From IMG/VR virus record IMGVR_UViG_3300007351_000001: DNA of 64,000 nt; one strand, written 5' to 3'. Origin of the DNA: a virus. Lineage: Duplodnaviria > Heunggongvirae > Uroviricota > Caudoviricetes. The notes under the pieces were generated by a model. That model saw only the letters and a program-made list of their open reading frames with translations. It did not search any database and had not been told where the DNA came from. Made by a program: the position numbers and the translations under genes. This document shows positions 23,740 to 33,025 of this stretch, piece after piece (position 1 is the first letter of the stretch; each line of letters starts with the position of its first letter).

Positions 23740-23910
23740 GAAGCTCCGTGGCGTAGCAGACCTCTTAGAAGTTGTCACGGTCTTTTGCCGGTGCTACGAC
23801 AGGCGTCGAAAGTTTTCTCCCACTCGCGTGGGCGTTTTTGGCTCTGGGGAGCATCTTACTAGGTAGGGGACTTGTGGTGGCTTGCGGCGGGGGAGGGCGG
23901 AAGGTGCAGG

Positions 23911-23940
23911 TTGGCACGCTCTTCGCACCTTTGTACCGGT
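23911..23940 (+). promoter_or_regulatory. sigma54-like conserved promoter motif, copy 5 (TTGGCAC-gctct-TCGCAC-CTTTGTACCGGT)
   Basis: TGGCAC 23912-23917, TCGCA 23923-23927. 25 nt later come GGAGGAAG RBS and the ATG of the MoxR gene at 23966. Confidence 0.6.
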
Positions 23941-23965
23941 AAGCCCTTAGCTGCGGAGGAAGCGT

Positions 23966-25183
23966 ATGCCAGATCAGAGTCTCAGTCTCGTCGAACTGCT
24001 CACCCGTTTCGCGAGGCTGGAGTACAACGTCCTCATGACGGGGCACACCGGCGTCGGCAAGACGACGGTGGGGCTCCACGTGTGCGAGCGCATCTGCTCG
24101 TACCAGGTGAAGTTCTTCAATGCGGCCATCATGGACCCGCAGGTCGAGCTGCTCGGGATCCCGACCCCAGACCTCGACTTCGAGCGCCAGCGCGAGCGGA
24201 TCTTGCGGGTGTTGATCGACTTCGGGTTGAAGGGGACCTTCCGGCCCTTGGAGAGCGAGACGCCGACCGAGACCTACTCGCGCGTCACGCAGCTGGTCGA
24301 CACCGCGTTCGACCGGCCGAAGTCGCTGCAGTTCCTGCGCCCGAAGTTCATCGACGAGTGCGACGTGTTCTTCGTCGACGAAATCAACCGCGCCGAAGTG
24401 CAGACGCTGAACGGCATCATGGAGGCGATCCAGTTTGCCACGGTCATGGGCGATCGGCTGCCGCGCCTCAAGATGACCTGGGCGACGCGCAACCCCGACG
24501 GCGACGACATGGGCTACCACGTCCAGCGCATGGACCCGGCCTTGATCCAGCGGTTCCGGACCTTCGTCGAGGTCGACGCGCAGCCGGCGGTCGACATCCT
24601 CGTTGCGTGCGGGCCGATGCGCGAGGCAGTCGCTCGCAACCTGATCGAGTGGTACACCGCGCTGCAGGAGGGTGTGAAGCTGCACCTGCCGCCACGCCGC
24701 TTGGAGTACATCGGCAAGGCGTTCGAGGATGGGCTGCCGCTGGAGTTCGCCATCCCACCGTTGGTCGACGTCACCAAGCTGCCGCTCAAGAATCTGGAGA
24801 CCATGCTGCGCAGCGCGACCAAGTCGACGCTGGTCAGCAAGGATGACCTCTCGACGCCGGAGAAGCGCGCGGCCTTGATCGGGCGCATGAACGACGGCAC
24901 GGCCAAGGGGCTCAGTGTCACCGTGCAGGTGCAGAAGATCCTCTCGCACCCGACGGTGAAGCTGCACAAGTTGATCGAGTACGTCGAGGTCGTCGAGGCG
25001 ATGCGTTTGGAGACGCGTGTCGGTATGTGGGCCGCGATCGGCACGCGCCTGCTGAATCAGGTACCGGAGCCGGCCAAGTACGACTTCTCGCAGTTCGGTG
25101 CGCAGGAAGAGAGTGCGCGCCGTCTCTTCCGCGTCGCGATCCGCGACGGGTTCTACCAGGACGTGAAGCCGACGGACATCTGA
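23966..25183 (+). CDS. MoxR-like AAA+ ATPase (405 aa)
   Basis: Walker A GHTGVGKTTV, Walker B FFVDEINRA, MoxR-like C-terminal helical region. Confidence 0.85.
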   Translation: MPDQSLSLVELLTRFARLEYNVLMTGHTGVGKTTVGLHVCERICSYQVKFFNAAIMDPQVELLGIPTPDLDFERQRERILRVLIDFGLKGTFRPLESETPTETYSRVTQLVDTAFDRPKSLQFLRPKFIDECDVFFVDEINRAEVQTLNGIMEAIQFATVMGDRLPRLKMTWATRNPDGDDMGYHVQRMDPALIQRFRTFVEVDAQPAVDILVACGPMREAVARNLIEWYTALQEGVKLHLPPRRLEYIGKAFEDGLPLEFAIPPLVDVTKLPLKNLETMLRSATKSTLVSKDDLSTPEKRAALIGRMNDGTAKGLSVTVQVQKILSHPTVKLHKLIEYVEVVEAMRLETRVGMWAAIGTRLLNQVPEPAKYDFSQFGAQEESARRLFRVAIRDGFYQDVKPTDI

Positions 25184-26763
25184 TGACCATCGACTACTCC
25201 AAGATCCACCTGACCGGTGGCAGCCAGCACGAGCTGTGGAAGATCTCCCGGCCGTGTGACTGGCGCTGGCTGCCGCCGGGCTGGGATGACCCGCAGCGGG
25301 TCGCCTGGCGTCAGGAGCGCTTCGAGCAGGCGTTGGAGACGATTGACGCCGCTGCGGAGCACGACCTGTGGATGCAGCTGCGCTTCGCACAGCTCGGGAC
25401 GCCGAAGTTCCAGGCGCTCCCGATGCCGACGACGGCCGTCGGCCTGCGCCCGAACGGGCAGATCGAGTACGTGTTCCACCCGCGCTTCTTCGATCTCTGC
25501 GAGCCGGAGCGCTTGGTGTTCTCGATCGTCCACGAGCGCTTCCACGTCGACCTCGACCACCTGCGTCGCGGCATCGGCAAGCGGCGCAACTTGTGGAACA
25601 TCGTGATCGACATCGTCGACAATGAGTACTGTCACGCACTCGGCTTCCTGCCGCCGGAGATTGGCCGCGACTACTGGTCAATCGAGAAGCTGCTGCCCGG
25701 CTTCCGTGGCCTTGGGGAGGATGTCGGGGCCGTGGCGGACTTCCGCACGGAGTTCGACGCGACGCGCCTCTACGACTTCCTGTTGTCGATCATCGAGAAG
25801 ATCACCCTGCCGCCGTTCGCCGCGTTCGCTATGGACATAGGGATCGGCATGCCGATCCCGGATGAGGATGCCGACGACGACGAGTCGATACCGGGTCCTG
25901 GCGGGTCGGACGAGGGCGAGGGCGAGGAGGACGACGATGAGGGGAACGATCTTGGTCCCCCAATCTCGTGGTCGGACGTCGAGGAGGACCCACAGGATCA
26001 CAACGACTATCAGGACGACGTCGCGGCCAATGGCGGCGCCAACCCGTTTGGGGGTGGTGGTGGGGGTGCCGGCAAGGGCCGGGGAACCTTCGGCGACTCG
26101 ATCATGCCGGCAGTGGCCAAGTCGCGTTCGCACACCTGGCTCGACAACTTGGCTGATCGCGTGCACGGCGAGGTTGTGCGTCGCGTCGAGAAGCAGTGGG
26201 CGATCCCGCCGCGTCGGCTGGTCGGGAGCGGACTCTACCCGCATGTGCTCCTGCCGTCAGTTCGCCGCACCATCGTGCGCACCAAGTCGGTGGTGCTGAT
26301 CGGCGATTGCTCGGGCTCGATGGCCGGCGTGATCCCGAAGATGCTGCGCCTCTTCTCCGAGATGATCGACCACTTCACCAGCGGCCACATTCAGCGCAAC
26401 CCGGTGAAGGTCGATTCGTACGCGTTCGACGATGGGGTGTACCACTGGCCGAAGGAACTGATTCAGCGCGGCCGTGCTCCGCACTCCGGCGGGACCAACT
26501 TCCAGCGCGTGGCAAACTTCGTCGAGGGTCGTGACGTCACGCTGGAGTCCGGCCACGGCGGCGCTGGCATCCGCCTGCGGCAGCACCCCGACCTGGTCAT
26601 CGTGGTCACCGACGGTGAGGATCGCGCGCCGAAGATCAAGTACCCGGACAACTGGGTCTGGCTCTGCGTTGAGGAGCAGGAGTACCCTGCCTACGTCAGG
26701 CGCGACACCAAGGGCATCGGGCAGGTCGTGATGTATGGCGACGTCTACGACGGTTCCTTCTGA
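25180..26763 (+). CDS. DUF2201-type protein: N-terminal putative HExxH metallopeptidase-like domain plus C-terminal VWA domain with MIDAS (527 aa)
   Basis: ATGA overlap with MoxR gene; IVHERFHVDLDHL (HExxH); VVLIGDCSGSMAG (DxSxS MIDAS); long acidic linker DEDADDDES...GEGEEDDDEGND. Confidence 0.75.
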   Translation: MMTIDYSKIHLTGGSQHELWKISRPCDWRWLPPGWDDPQRVAWRQERFEQALETIDAAAEHDLWMQLRFAQLGTPKFQALPMPTTAVGLRPNGQIEYVFHPRFFDLCEPERLVFSIVHERFHVDLDHLRRGIGKRRNLWNIVIDIVDNEYCHALGFLPPEIGRDYWSIEKLLPGFRGLGEDVGAVADFRTEFDATRLYDFLLSIIEKITLPPFAAFAMDIGIGMPIPDEDADDDESIPGPGGSDEGEGEEDDDEGNDLGPPISWSDVEEDPQDHNDYQDDVAANGGANPFGGGGGGAGKGRGTFGDSIMPAVAKSRSHTWLDNLADRVHGEVVRRVEKQWAIPPRRLVGSGLYPHVLLPSVRRTIVRTKSVVLIGDCSGSMAGVIPKMLRLFSEMIDHFTSGHIQRNPVKVDSYAFDDGVYHWPKELIQRGRAPHSGGTNFQRVANFVEGRDVTLESGHGGAGIRLRQHPDLVIVVTDGEDRAPKIKYPDNWVWLCVEEQEYPAYVRRDTKGIGQVVMYGDVYDGSF

Positions 26764-27685
26764 TCGCATCACGCCGGTCAAAGCGACCGGCACTTTCAAG
26801 CCGGCGCTGTGGAACGACCGCGCGTACGTCGCCGAGGAGAAGCTCGACGGTGTTCGCGCGGTCGTGTACGCCACTGCGGCCGGCGCTCGTGTCATGGTTG
26901 GCGAGCGCGACATCACCGCCCAGGTCCCGCACCTGGGCGTGTTGCACGTGCCTGGTCTCGTGCTCGACGGTGAGCTAGTGCAGAACGCGCTGAGAAGCCC
27001 CGAGACCGACCACGTGCCGGGGATCGGCTCGGCCTCAGTCACCGGGATCGTGAACAGTTCGCCCGGTCGCGCCATCGAGACGCAGAAGCGCGACGGGTTC
27101 CTCAAGTTCTATGCCTTCGACTGCCTGCATGTGGGGCGCGTGGGGCGACTCAACATGCGCACGCAGTCGTGGGAGCGCCGTCGCGCTGCCTTGGTCGACG
27201 TTCTGGCTGGGCTACCACGCCCGATTGGCGACAACTACATCGCCGTCCCGGTCGCTGTACCGCCACTCACACGCGAGTTCTACCAACGCGTCGTGCTACT
27301 CGGGGGCGAGGGGGTGGTACTCAAGCACCGCGAACAGTCCTACACCGGCGTTGGGTGGGTGAAAGTGAAGTTCCGGACCACGTTGTCGGTAGTGATTGCC
27401 GGCATCAACCGTGACCGAGAATCGGTCGCCATCGCGGTCTACGAGGACGGCAAGCTCTCCTCGGTTGGTGATTGCGGGATCAAAAACACGCAGCTTCGTG
27501 CGCAGGCACAGTTGAAACCGCACACCTTGGTCGGTCGTGTGCTCGACGTGCAGGCGTATGCGGTCAGTACCCGCGGCAAGCTGCGCAACCCGATCTGGGA
27601 CCGTCTGCGGCCGGATCTCTTTCCGAAGGCGATCACGCGCGACAAGCTGATCGCGGACTTCGAGCAGGCGGTGGAGCACGCGTAG
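26735..27685 (+). CDS. ATP-dependent DNA ligase (316 aa)
   Basis: Motif I EEKLDGVRA (KxDG), LVLDGELV, VVLKHREQSY; overlaps previous gene by ~29 nt. Confidence 0.85.
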   Translation: MATSTTVPSDRITPVKATGTFKPALWNDRAYVAEEKLDGVRAVVYATAAGARVMVGERDITAQVPHLGVLHVPGLVLDGELVQNALRSPETDHVPGIGSASVTGIVNSSPGRAIETQKRDGFLKFYAFDCLHVGRVGRLNMRTQSWERRRAALVDVLAGLPRPIGDNYIAVPVAVPPLTREFYQRVVLLGGEGVVLKHREQSYTGVGWVKVKFRTTLSVVIAGINRDRESVAIAVYEDGKLSSVGDCGIKNTQLRAQAQLKPHTLVGRVLDVQAYAVSTRGKLRNPIWDRLRPDLFPKAITRDKLIADFEQAVEHA

Positions 27686-27907
27686 ATGACAGGGACTGTG
27701 GTAGTGGGGTTGGTGGTGGCGGTGCTGCAGCTCGTGGCGTCGATTATCGCGATGGCTGCGGCCGTACGGACGGTTCGTGCCACGCGAGCAGTGAAGATCG
27801 AAGTCGATCGCTTGATGGTGATGCGCTCGGAGATTGAGCTGGTCCGCCTCGAAATCGAGAGCGAGCTAGCGATGCACTACCAACCGCCGGCCGCGCACCT
27901 GCACTAG
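27686..27907 (+). CDS. small membrane protein (73 aa)
   Basis: ATG immediately after ligase stop; VVVGLVVAVLQLVASIIAMAAAV TM helix. Confidence 0.5.
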   Translation: MTGTVVVGLVVAVLQLVASIIAMAAAVRTVRATRAVKIEVDRLMVMRSEIELVRLEIESELAMHYQPPAAHLH

Positions 27908-27946
27908 GCGCTTCCTCCACTCTCCGCTTGAGTCCACCAAAGGCCT

Positions 27947-28624
27947 GTGCCAGACTTCCCGACCGCAGGCGTAGGGAGGGTGGCGGTGGTGGAGCACGAC
28001 GGTCGGCCACGTGATGGTCTCACGTATCGGTTGCCCATCGAGCAGATCCTGGCAGAGCAGGGTGCGGCGAAGCGCAGCCGCCTCTTCCGCCAGTACACCG
28101 ATGCCACCTACGCGTGGATCGACGAGGACTTGGAGTTCTTGCGAGCGTTCGAGGAACTCCCGCAAGGTCAGGACGTCGGCGTGCTGCGCAACATCGCCAG
28201 CATGCGCGGCGCGGAGAGCCGGCGCGATCTCGAACGCGAGTATGATCGGCTGAAGCTCCCACACCAGTGGACCGTCAACTGCCTGTGCGTCGACGGTCCC
28301 ATGCTGGCGCTCAACGAACGCGCGCTCGAAGCCTACATCGAGGCGAACTGCCCCATCGCCGTCGGACCGTTCCTCGACTACCTCTGGCGCAAGCAGTGGC
28401 GCATGGTCCCGACGCCGGAGTGGGAAGCCGTGGTCTACAACCAGTTGATGATCGGCTCGCGCCGCGTGTTCGTCCAGGACCAGGTCTACTACTTCCTCCT
28501 CCTCCCGGCGCCATACCTGATCGACGTGGGGTTCATCGAGTCTGCGGAGAAGCGTGAGGCGATCGTCTACGGGTGGTCGCCGATTGACTTGCCGCCAGTG
28601 ACCTGGCAGCAAAAGCGCCGGTGA
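27947..28624 (+). CDS. hypothetical protein (~215-225 aa; start uncertain, GTG candidates at ~27986-27989 after GGGAGGG)
   Basis: Protein-like ORF. Confidence 0.6.
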   Translation: MPDFPTAGVGRVAVVEHDGRPRDGLTYRLPIEQILAEQGAAKRSRLFRQYTDATYAWIDEDLEFLRAFEELPQGQDVGVLRNIASMRGAESRRDLEREYDRLKLPHQWTVNCLCVDGPMLALNERALEAYIEANCPIAVGPFLDYLWRKQWRMVPTPEWEAVVYNQLMIGSRRVFVQDQVYYFLLLPAPYLIDVGFIESAEKREAIVYGWSPIDLPPVTWQQKRR

Positions 28625-28628
28625 CGAG

Positions 28629-29006
28629 ATGCTTGACGAGGGGGGTCGTCAGTTCGCGCTGCATCGCGGCTTGCTGCAGTGGATTGAAGTCGTCGAGGAT
28701 CGTGGCGACACCGTCGTGATCAACCATCCCCAGCGTGGGGAGATGGTCACGCCGCGCGAGCTGTACGAGTGGGATGTCGGTTCGCTCGACGAGTACTTGG
28801 ATCGCCAAGTCGTGGTTGAGTCGCCGTTCGACAGCTCCGCGTTCGTCGTCGAGGCGTCCCCCATCGACTTGATCACGGACGGTGACGAGGACGAGCCGAC
28901 TGCGCTGCGCGAAGCGTTGCCAGACGCCGCGTCGTACGAGCACCTCCTCTCGCCAACTGAGCGCCGCTTCATGGCGAAGGGGTGGACGATCATTCCCTTC
29001 AAATGA
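28629..29006 (+). CDS. hypothetical acidic protein (125 aa)
   Basis: ORF track, protein-like. Confidence 0.6.
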   Translation: MLDEGGRQFALHRGLLQWIEVVEDRGDTVVINHPQRGEMVTPRELYEWDVGSLDEYLDRQVVVESPFDSSAFVVEASPIDLITDGDEDEPTALREALPDAASYEHLLSPTERRFMAKGWTIIPFK

Positions 29007-29151
29007 GCTATTGCGAATGATGCTCAATGAGTAGCAAGAACGCTTGCGCAAGATGAGATAATCAGTAGTATTTACAGGCGAGCATCAACCTGATAGTGCT
29101 CGTCGTCCTGTCATCAACTCAAGGGTGCTGACGTGTGTGGGAGAGGGTTGC
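29007..29151 (+). promoter_or_regulatory. AT-rich intergenic region with sigma70-like promoter elements upstream of the sigma-factor gene
   Basis: TTGCGC-N16-TAGTAT near 29040-29068; contains AGTAGTATTTAC related to the GAGTATTTTTA elements at 21.6 kb and 37.47 kb. Confidence 0.4.
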
Positions 29152-29703
29152 ATGGGAGAGTTGGATCGGGACGAGATTGCCGCGCGGTATGAGTACGTCC
29201 ACGAGCAGCCGAACATCGTTCGCTACCTGGTAGCGCAAGCGATCGTTGCGCACCGCCGGAGTACGGTGCGCCTCGACGTCGACGACTACCTGCAAGCGGA
29301 GTTCCTCGCGTTGTGGGCGACGTGCCGTCGCATTGACCCGCGCGTCGAACTCGCGCGCTTCATCGGGTACTTGAAGGCCGCGTCCGCGGTTGCGATTCGT
29401 CAGGCGCAGCGCAAAGGCTTGCGTGAGACGCGCTTGCAGGATCCGTGGATCGAGGCGTTGAGCGACGTGGTGGCGGACGGGCGCCTCACCCCGGAGCAGC
29501 TCACGATCTACCGCGACCTGGTGCGCAAGCTCGGCTCCTTGGTGCGCGTGGAGCGAGACCCGTACCTGGAACAGGTCTATGATGCGCAAGTGGCGCCGCT
29601 CTTTGGGGCCGCAGCCGGTCACCTACCAGGCACGAAGAAGCGGGTGCGACGACACGTGGGCCGGTTGCTGTCCATGGTCACGACGCTCACCGCGCAGCAG
29701 TAA
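29152..29703 (+). CDS. ECF-type sigma-70 family sigma factor (183 aa)
   Basis: Region 2 DVDDYLQAEFLALW...FIGYLKAASAVAIRQAQRKG; region 4-like GTKKRVRRHVGRLL; GGGAGAGGG RBS. Confidence 0.65.
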   Translation: MGELDRDEIAARYEYVHEQPNIVRYLVAQAIVAHRRSTVRLDVDDYLQAEFLALWATCRRIDPRVELARFIGYLKAASAVAIRQAQRKGLRETRLQDPWIEALSDVVADGRLTPEQLTIYRDLVRKLGSLVRVERDPYLEQVYDAQVAPLFGAAAGHLPGTKKRVRRHVGRLLSMVTTLTAQQ

Positions 29704-29712
29704 GGGCGGGGC

Positions 29713-31176
29713 ATGCTCGCGTTCAACTACGGACCGGTCTTCACTACCGCCGTAGGGACCGAACTCGAACTCGGGACGGTGAGCCAGCTGCTCACGCCAG
29801 ACCCCGAGCAGCCGAGCTTGCTCCTGGGCTCGTACCTGCCGACGGGGCTCTTGTCGCACGTGTGCACGCGGCTCGACATGATCGACGTGCCGTACGTGCT
29901 GCACAACACGCCGGCCGAGGGCTCGATCTACGACGTGCCGCCGGACTACCTCGCCGGCATCACCCTGCGCGAGGAGCAGCGGATGCTCATCCGCAAGGGG
30001 CTCTACCACCAGCGCGGGTTGATCGAGAGTCCGACCGGCAGCGGCAAGACCGAGCTGACGTGCGCGATCGCGCAGTGGCTTGACGGGCGCGTGCTCGTCT
30101 TGGTGCCTGGTACCAACTCGCTGCACCAGACCGCGGCCCGCTTCAAGAAGCGGGGCCTCGATGACGTCGGCATGTTCGGTGACGGCAAGCGTGACCTGAA
30201 CCATCGCGTCATCGTCGCGATCGTTGCCTCGGTCTACCAGGCGATCGGTCGGCGCAAGGCGGACGTGCTGCGGATTCTCTCTGAGTTGCAGGCGGTACTG
30301 CTCCTCGAATGCCACCACTTGCAGGCGATGACTTGGCAGACCGTCTGTCAGAACACCGAGGCGCCATACCGCCTCGGGCTTTCGGCGACGCTCTTTGAGA
30401 AGGGCTCACAGCCGACCACGCATGGCGACTACGCGCTGATCGGGCAGACCGGGCCGGTGGTGGCCAAGCTCCCCGACCATCTGCTCATGAACCGCGGCCA
30501 CCTGGCGACGCCGTGGGTGCACACATTGCGGGTCTTCCAGCCCGAGCGCACCGACGAGCAGAAGAAGTGCGACAACTGGATCCAGCAGCAGCGCGAGTGC
30601 ATCGTGCACAACAAGCCGCGCAACACCATGATCGTCCAAGTCGCGGCGCCGCTGGTGCGCGAGGGCTTCAAAATCCTCACGTTGGTGAACGTGCTCAAGC
30701 ACGGTGACACGCTCGGGAAGATGGCCTCTGAGGCCGTGCGGCCGTTGGAGGTCCAGTTCTACCACGGCGGGTCGACGCTCGACGTCTACCGGGATGGGAT
30801 CCGGGTGCGGCGCGAGAAGCTGCCGATCTACAAGCTGGTCGACAAGCTCGAAGCGGAGCCGGAGTTCTTCCTGATCGGCTCACCGGCCGTGAAGGAGGAC
30901 GCGGACTTCCCTGGTGCCAACGTGCTCGTGGCGGCAGGAGCCGGCCGCGGGTACCGCGGCGTGATTCAACGCACCGGCCGCGTGCTGCGTGCGAAGCAAG
31001 GCACCAACATCGGCCACCTGGTCGACTTCAAGGACTACACCGCCTGGATGTTGAAGGCGCAGTCCGACGCGCGCCGCAAGACCTACGAGGCGCGTTACGC
31101 TGGTGCTGAGCGGTTGCGGTTCCTCGATCATCGGACGCCGGCTGACGTCGTGGAGGCGATTCGGCACGCCGCGTGA
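29713..31176 (+). CDS. SF2 DNA helicase (DExH box; UvsW/Res-subunit-like), 487 aa
   Basis: Walker A SPTGSGKTE, motif II LLLECHH, motif III LGLSATLF, motif VI VIQRTGRVLR. Confidence 0.85.
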   Translation: MLAFNYGPVFTTAVGTELELGTVSQLLTPDPEQPSLLLGSYLPTGLLSHVCTRLDMIDVPYVLHNTPAEGSIYDVPPDYLAGITLREEQRMLIRKGLYHQRGLIESPTGSGKTELTCAIAQWLDGRVLVLVPGTNSLHQTAARFKKRGLDDVGMFGDGKRDLNHRVIVAIVASVYQAIGRRKADVLRILSELQAVLLLECHHLQAMTWQTVCQNTEAPYRLGLSATLFEKGSQPTTHGDYALIGQTGPVVAKLPDHLLMNRGHLATPWVHTLRVFQPERTDEQKKCDNWIQQQRECIVHNKPRNTMIVQVAAPLVREGFKILTLVNVLKHGDTLGKMASEAVRPLEVQFYHGGSTLDVYRDGIRVRREKLPIYKLVDKLEAEPEFFLIGSPAVKEDADFPGANVLVAAGAGRGYRGVIQRTGRVLRAKQGTNIGHLVDFKDYTAWMLKAQSDARRKTYEARYAGAERLRFLDHRTPADVVEAIRHAA

Positions 31177-31224
31177 TGACGAGAGGGTTCGGTCGATGAC
31201 TGGGTTGACGTGGTGGAGGATGGG

Positions 31225-32631
31225 ATGGCCGATGCACCGCAGTATCCGTACGGTCCGCAGTTCCAAGACAAAGTCCTAGCGCTGATGATCCGCGAGCCGG
31301 AGTTCTTGCCGGCGCACGCGGGGATCATCCAGCCGAACTACTTCGACAGCGACATTCACTCGTCGATGGCGCGCATTCTCCTCGACTACTACGAGGAGCG
31401 CGGGTACCCGCCGGTCGCCGACACGGTGAATATGCTGATCACCAACTACATCGAGGCGCACAAGGTCGAGAGCAGCCAGGGTCATCTCCTGCGTGATCTA
31501 GTGCCGGCGCTGCAGAAGGTCGACCTCGCCAACCGCGTCGACATCATCGAGGCCGTGAGCAACTTCGGCCGCAGCAAGCAGCTCGAACAGCTCTGCTTCC
31601 AGCTGACGCAGCGCTTGGCGAAGGGAGAGAAGCCGGACGACATCTGGGAACACATCGACCGCTCGCGGACCACCGGCTCGGCCATCGGGGACATCGGCAT
31701 GTACCTCGCCGACGCGTTGCCTGGCGCCCCGGAGTTGGTGCACGCCGACAACCTCTACAGCGACATCGGGAAGATCTCGACCTACATCGGCCGACTGGAC
31801 AAGCAGTTCAACAACGGCATGGGCCGCAAAGAGCTGGGCGTCATCATGGGCTACACTGGCTTCGGCAAGTCGCTGATGCTGGTGAACCTCGGCGCCGCGG
31901 CGCTCTTCCAGAAGCTCGGCGTGGTGCACTTGTCGATCGGCGAGCTGGAAGAGATCGACCTCCTGGCGCGCTACGCCGCCCGCATCGCTGAGACCTCGAT
32001 CAAGGACCTCGCGCGCCTCGAACAGGTGTCGGTGGCGCTCTATCAGCGCCGCATTGCCGAGATCATCCAGCTCTACGGCGGGCGCGGCTACGCCAAGTAC
32101 TTCTCGCCCGGCACGAAGGTGGCGACGCTGCGTTCGTACCTCTCACGGCTGCGGTCGGAGAAGCACTTCGAGCCGCACCTTCTGGTGATCGACAACGCCG
32201 ACGACCTGCGACCGTCCTCGGCCGCGTTTCAGGCCGAGTCGTCCTACGAGCACTTGGGCCAGGTCTTCATCGAGCTGAAGGCGCTCGCGCACGACTTCAA
32301 CGTCGCCATCTGGTGCGACAGTCAGACCAACCGTTCTGGCAACAAAACTGACGTCGCTGACCTCGACGTCATCGCCGACTCGCACAAGAAGGCACGCAAG
32401 GCCGACATCGTCATCTCGGTGAACCAGAGCAAGCGCGAGCGCGAGCTGAGCGTGCTGCGCCTGGCGCTGGTGAAAGCTCGCCGGTACTCGCGCGCCGACT
32501 CGATCATCTGGTGCCGCGTCGACTACGAGCGGATGCTGGTCAAGGAGTGCGAGCGCCCGCCCGATGAGATCCTGAAGGCGCCGGTCGGTGCCCCGATTCC
32601 GCCAGAGTTCCTGCCGAACTTCCACCACTGA
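31225..32631 (+). CDS. DnaB-like replicative helicase (469 aa)
   Basis: Walker A GYTGFGKS, Walker B LLVIDNADDL, H3/H4-like motifs; GGAGGA RBS. Confidence 0.85.
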   Translation: MADAPQYPYGPQFQDKVLALMIREPEFLPAHAGIIQPNYFDSDIHSSMARILLDYYEERGYPPVADTVNMLITNYIEAHKVESSQGHLLRDLVPALQKVDLANRVDIIEAVSNFGRSKQLEQLCFQLTQRLAKGEKPDDIWEHIDRSRTTGSAIGDIGMYLADALPGAPELVHADNLYSDIGKISTYIGRLDKQFNNGMGRKELGVIMGYTGFGKSLMLVNLGAAALFQKLGVVHLSIGELEEIDLLARYAARIAETSIKDLARLEQVSVALYQRRIAEIIQLYGGRGYAKYFSPGTKVATLRSYLSRLRSEKHFEPHLLVIDNADDLRPSSAAFQAESSYEHLGQVFIELKALAHDFNVAIWCDSQTNRSGNKTDVADLDVIADSHKKARKADIVISVNQSKRERELSVLRLALVKARRYSRADSIIWCRVDYERMLVKECERPPDEILKAPVGAPIPPEFLPNFHH

Positions 32632-32671
32632 GTTTCGCGTCATGTTTCATGTTTCACGTGACACGGTACGG
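32632..32671 (+). repeat. short tandem ATGTTTC repeat with perfect palindrome TCACGTGA
   Basis: ATGTTTCATGTTTCACGTGACACG directly upstream of the HNH-like gene. Confidence 0.3.
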
Positions 32672-33025
32672 ATGAACACCGACTGGGGAGTGGGGCGGCG
32701 CCGTCGACGGCGCGACGGGCTCTGTCCGAACTGTGCCGAGCGGCCTAACCAATCCAGCGGCTATTGCAAGCCGTGCAAGGCCGAGTACGCGCGACGGCGC
32801 CGCGCGCTCGGGAAGGGGCAGCGCTACGCCACCATGACCGCTGACCAGAAGCTGCGCTCGCGCGCTCGGGCGTACGCGCGGGTCTACCTGCGCCGCGGCA
32901 AGCTGCAGCGTGGCCCCTGCGAGCGCTGTGGTAGCGACCGGGCGCAGATGCACCACCACGACTACACGCGCCCTCTGGAAATCTACTGGATTTGCAAGGA
33001 CTGCAGGGAGGTGCAGGCCGCATGA
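32672..33025 (+). CDS. HNH-like zinc-finger protein (118 aa)
   Basis: CPNCAE...CKPCKA and PCERCGSDRAQMHHHDYTRPLEIYWICKDC (HNH-like core). Confidence 0.6.
   Translation: MNTDWGVGRRRRRRDGLCPNCAERPNQSSGYCKPCKAEYARRRRALGKGQRYATMTADQKLRSRARAYARVYLRRGKLQRGPCERCGSDRAQMHHHDYTRPLEIYWICKDCREVQAA

Noticed and set aside
23797-23830. Short hairpin CCCACTCGCGTGGG flanked by A- and T-runs as a bidirectional intrinsic terminator
   Set aside because: The stem is only 5-6 bp, and the hairpin lies in a divergent promoter region with no converging genes. It may be regulatory but the evidence is thin. A nearby partial motif-like TTGTCACggtcTTTTGCCGGT lacks the TGGCAC/TCGCAC elements.
106-32670. CACGTG-containing palindromes (CTCACGTGAG at ~105, GTCACGTGCTC at ~6027, CTCACGTGCTC at ~13871, TCACGTGA at ~32657) as a shared operator
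   Set aside because: Four occurrences of a 7-mer core in 64 kb on two strands is about the random expectation, and the flanks are not conserved beyond 10 nt.
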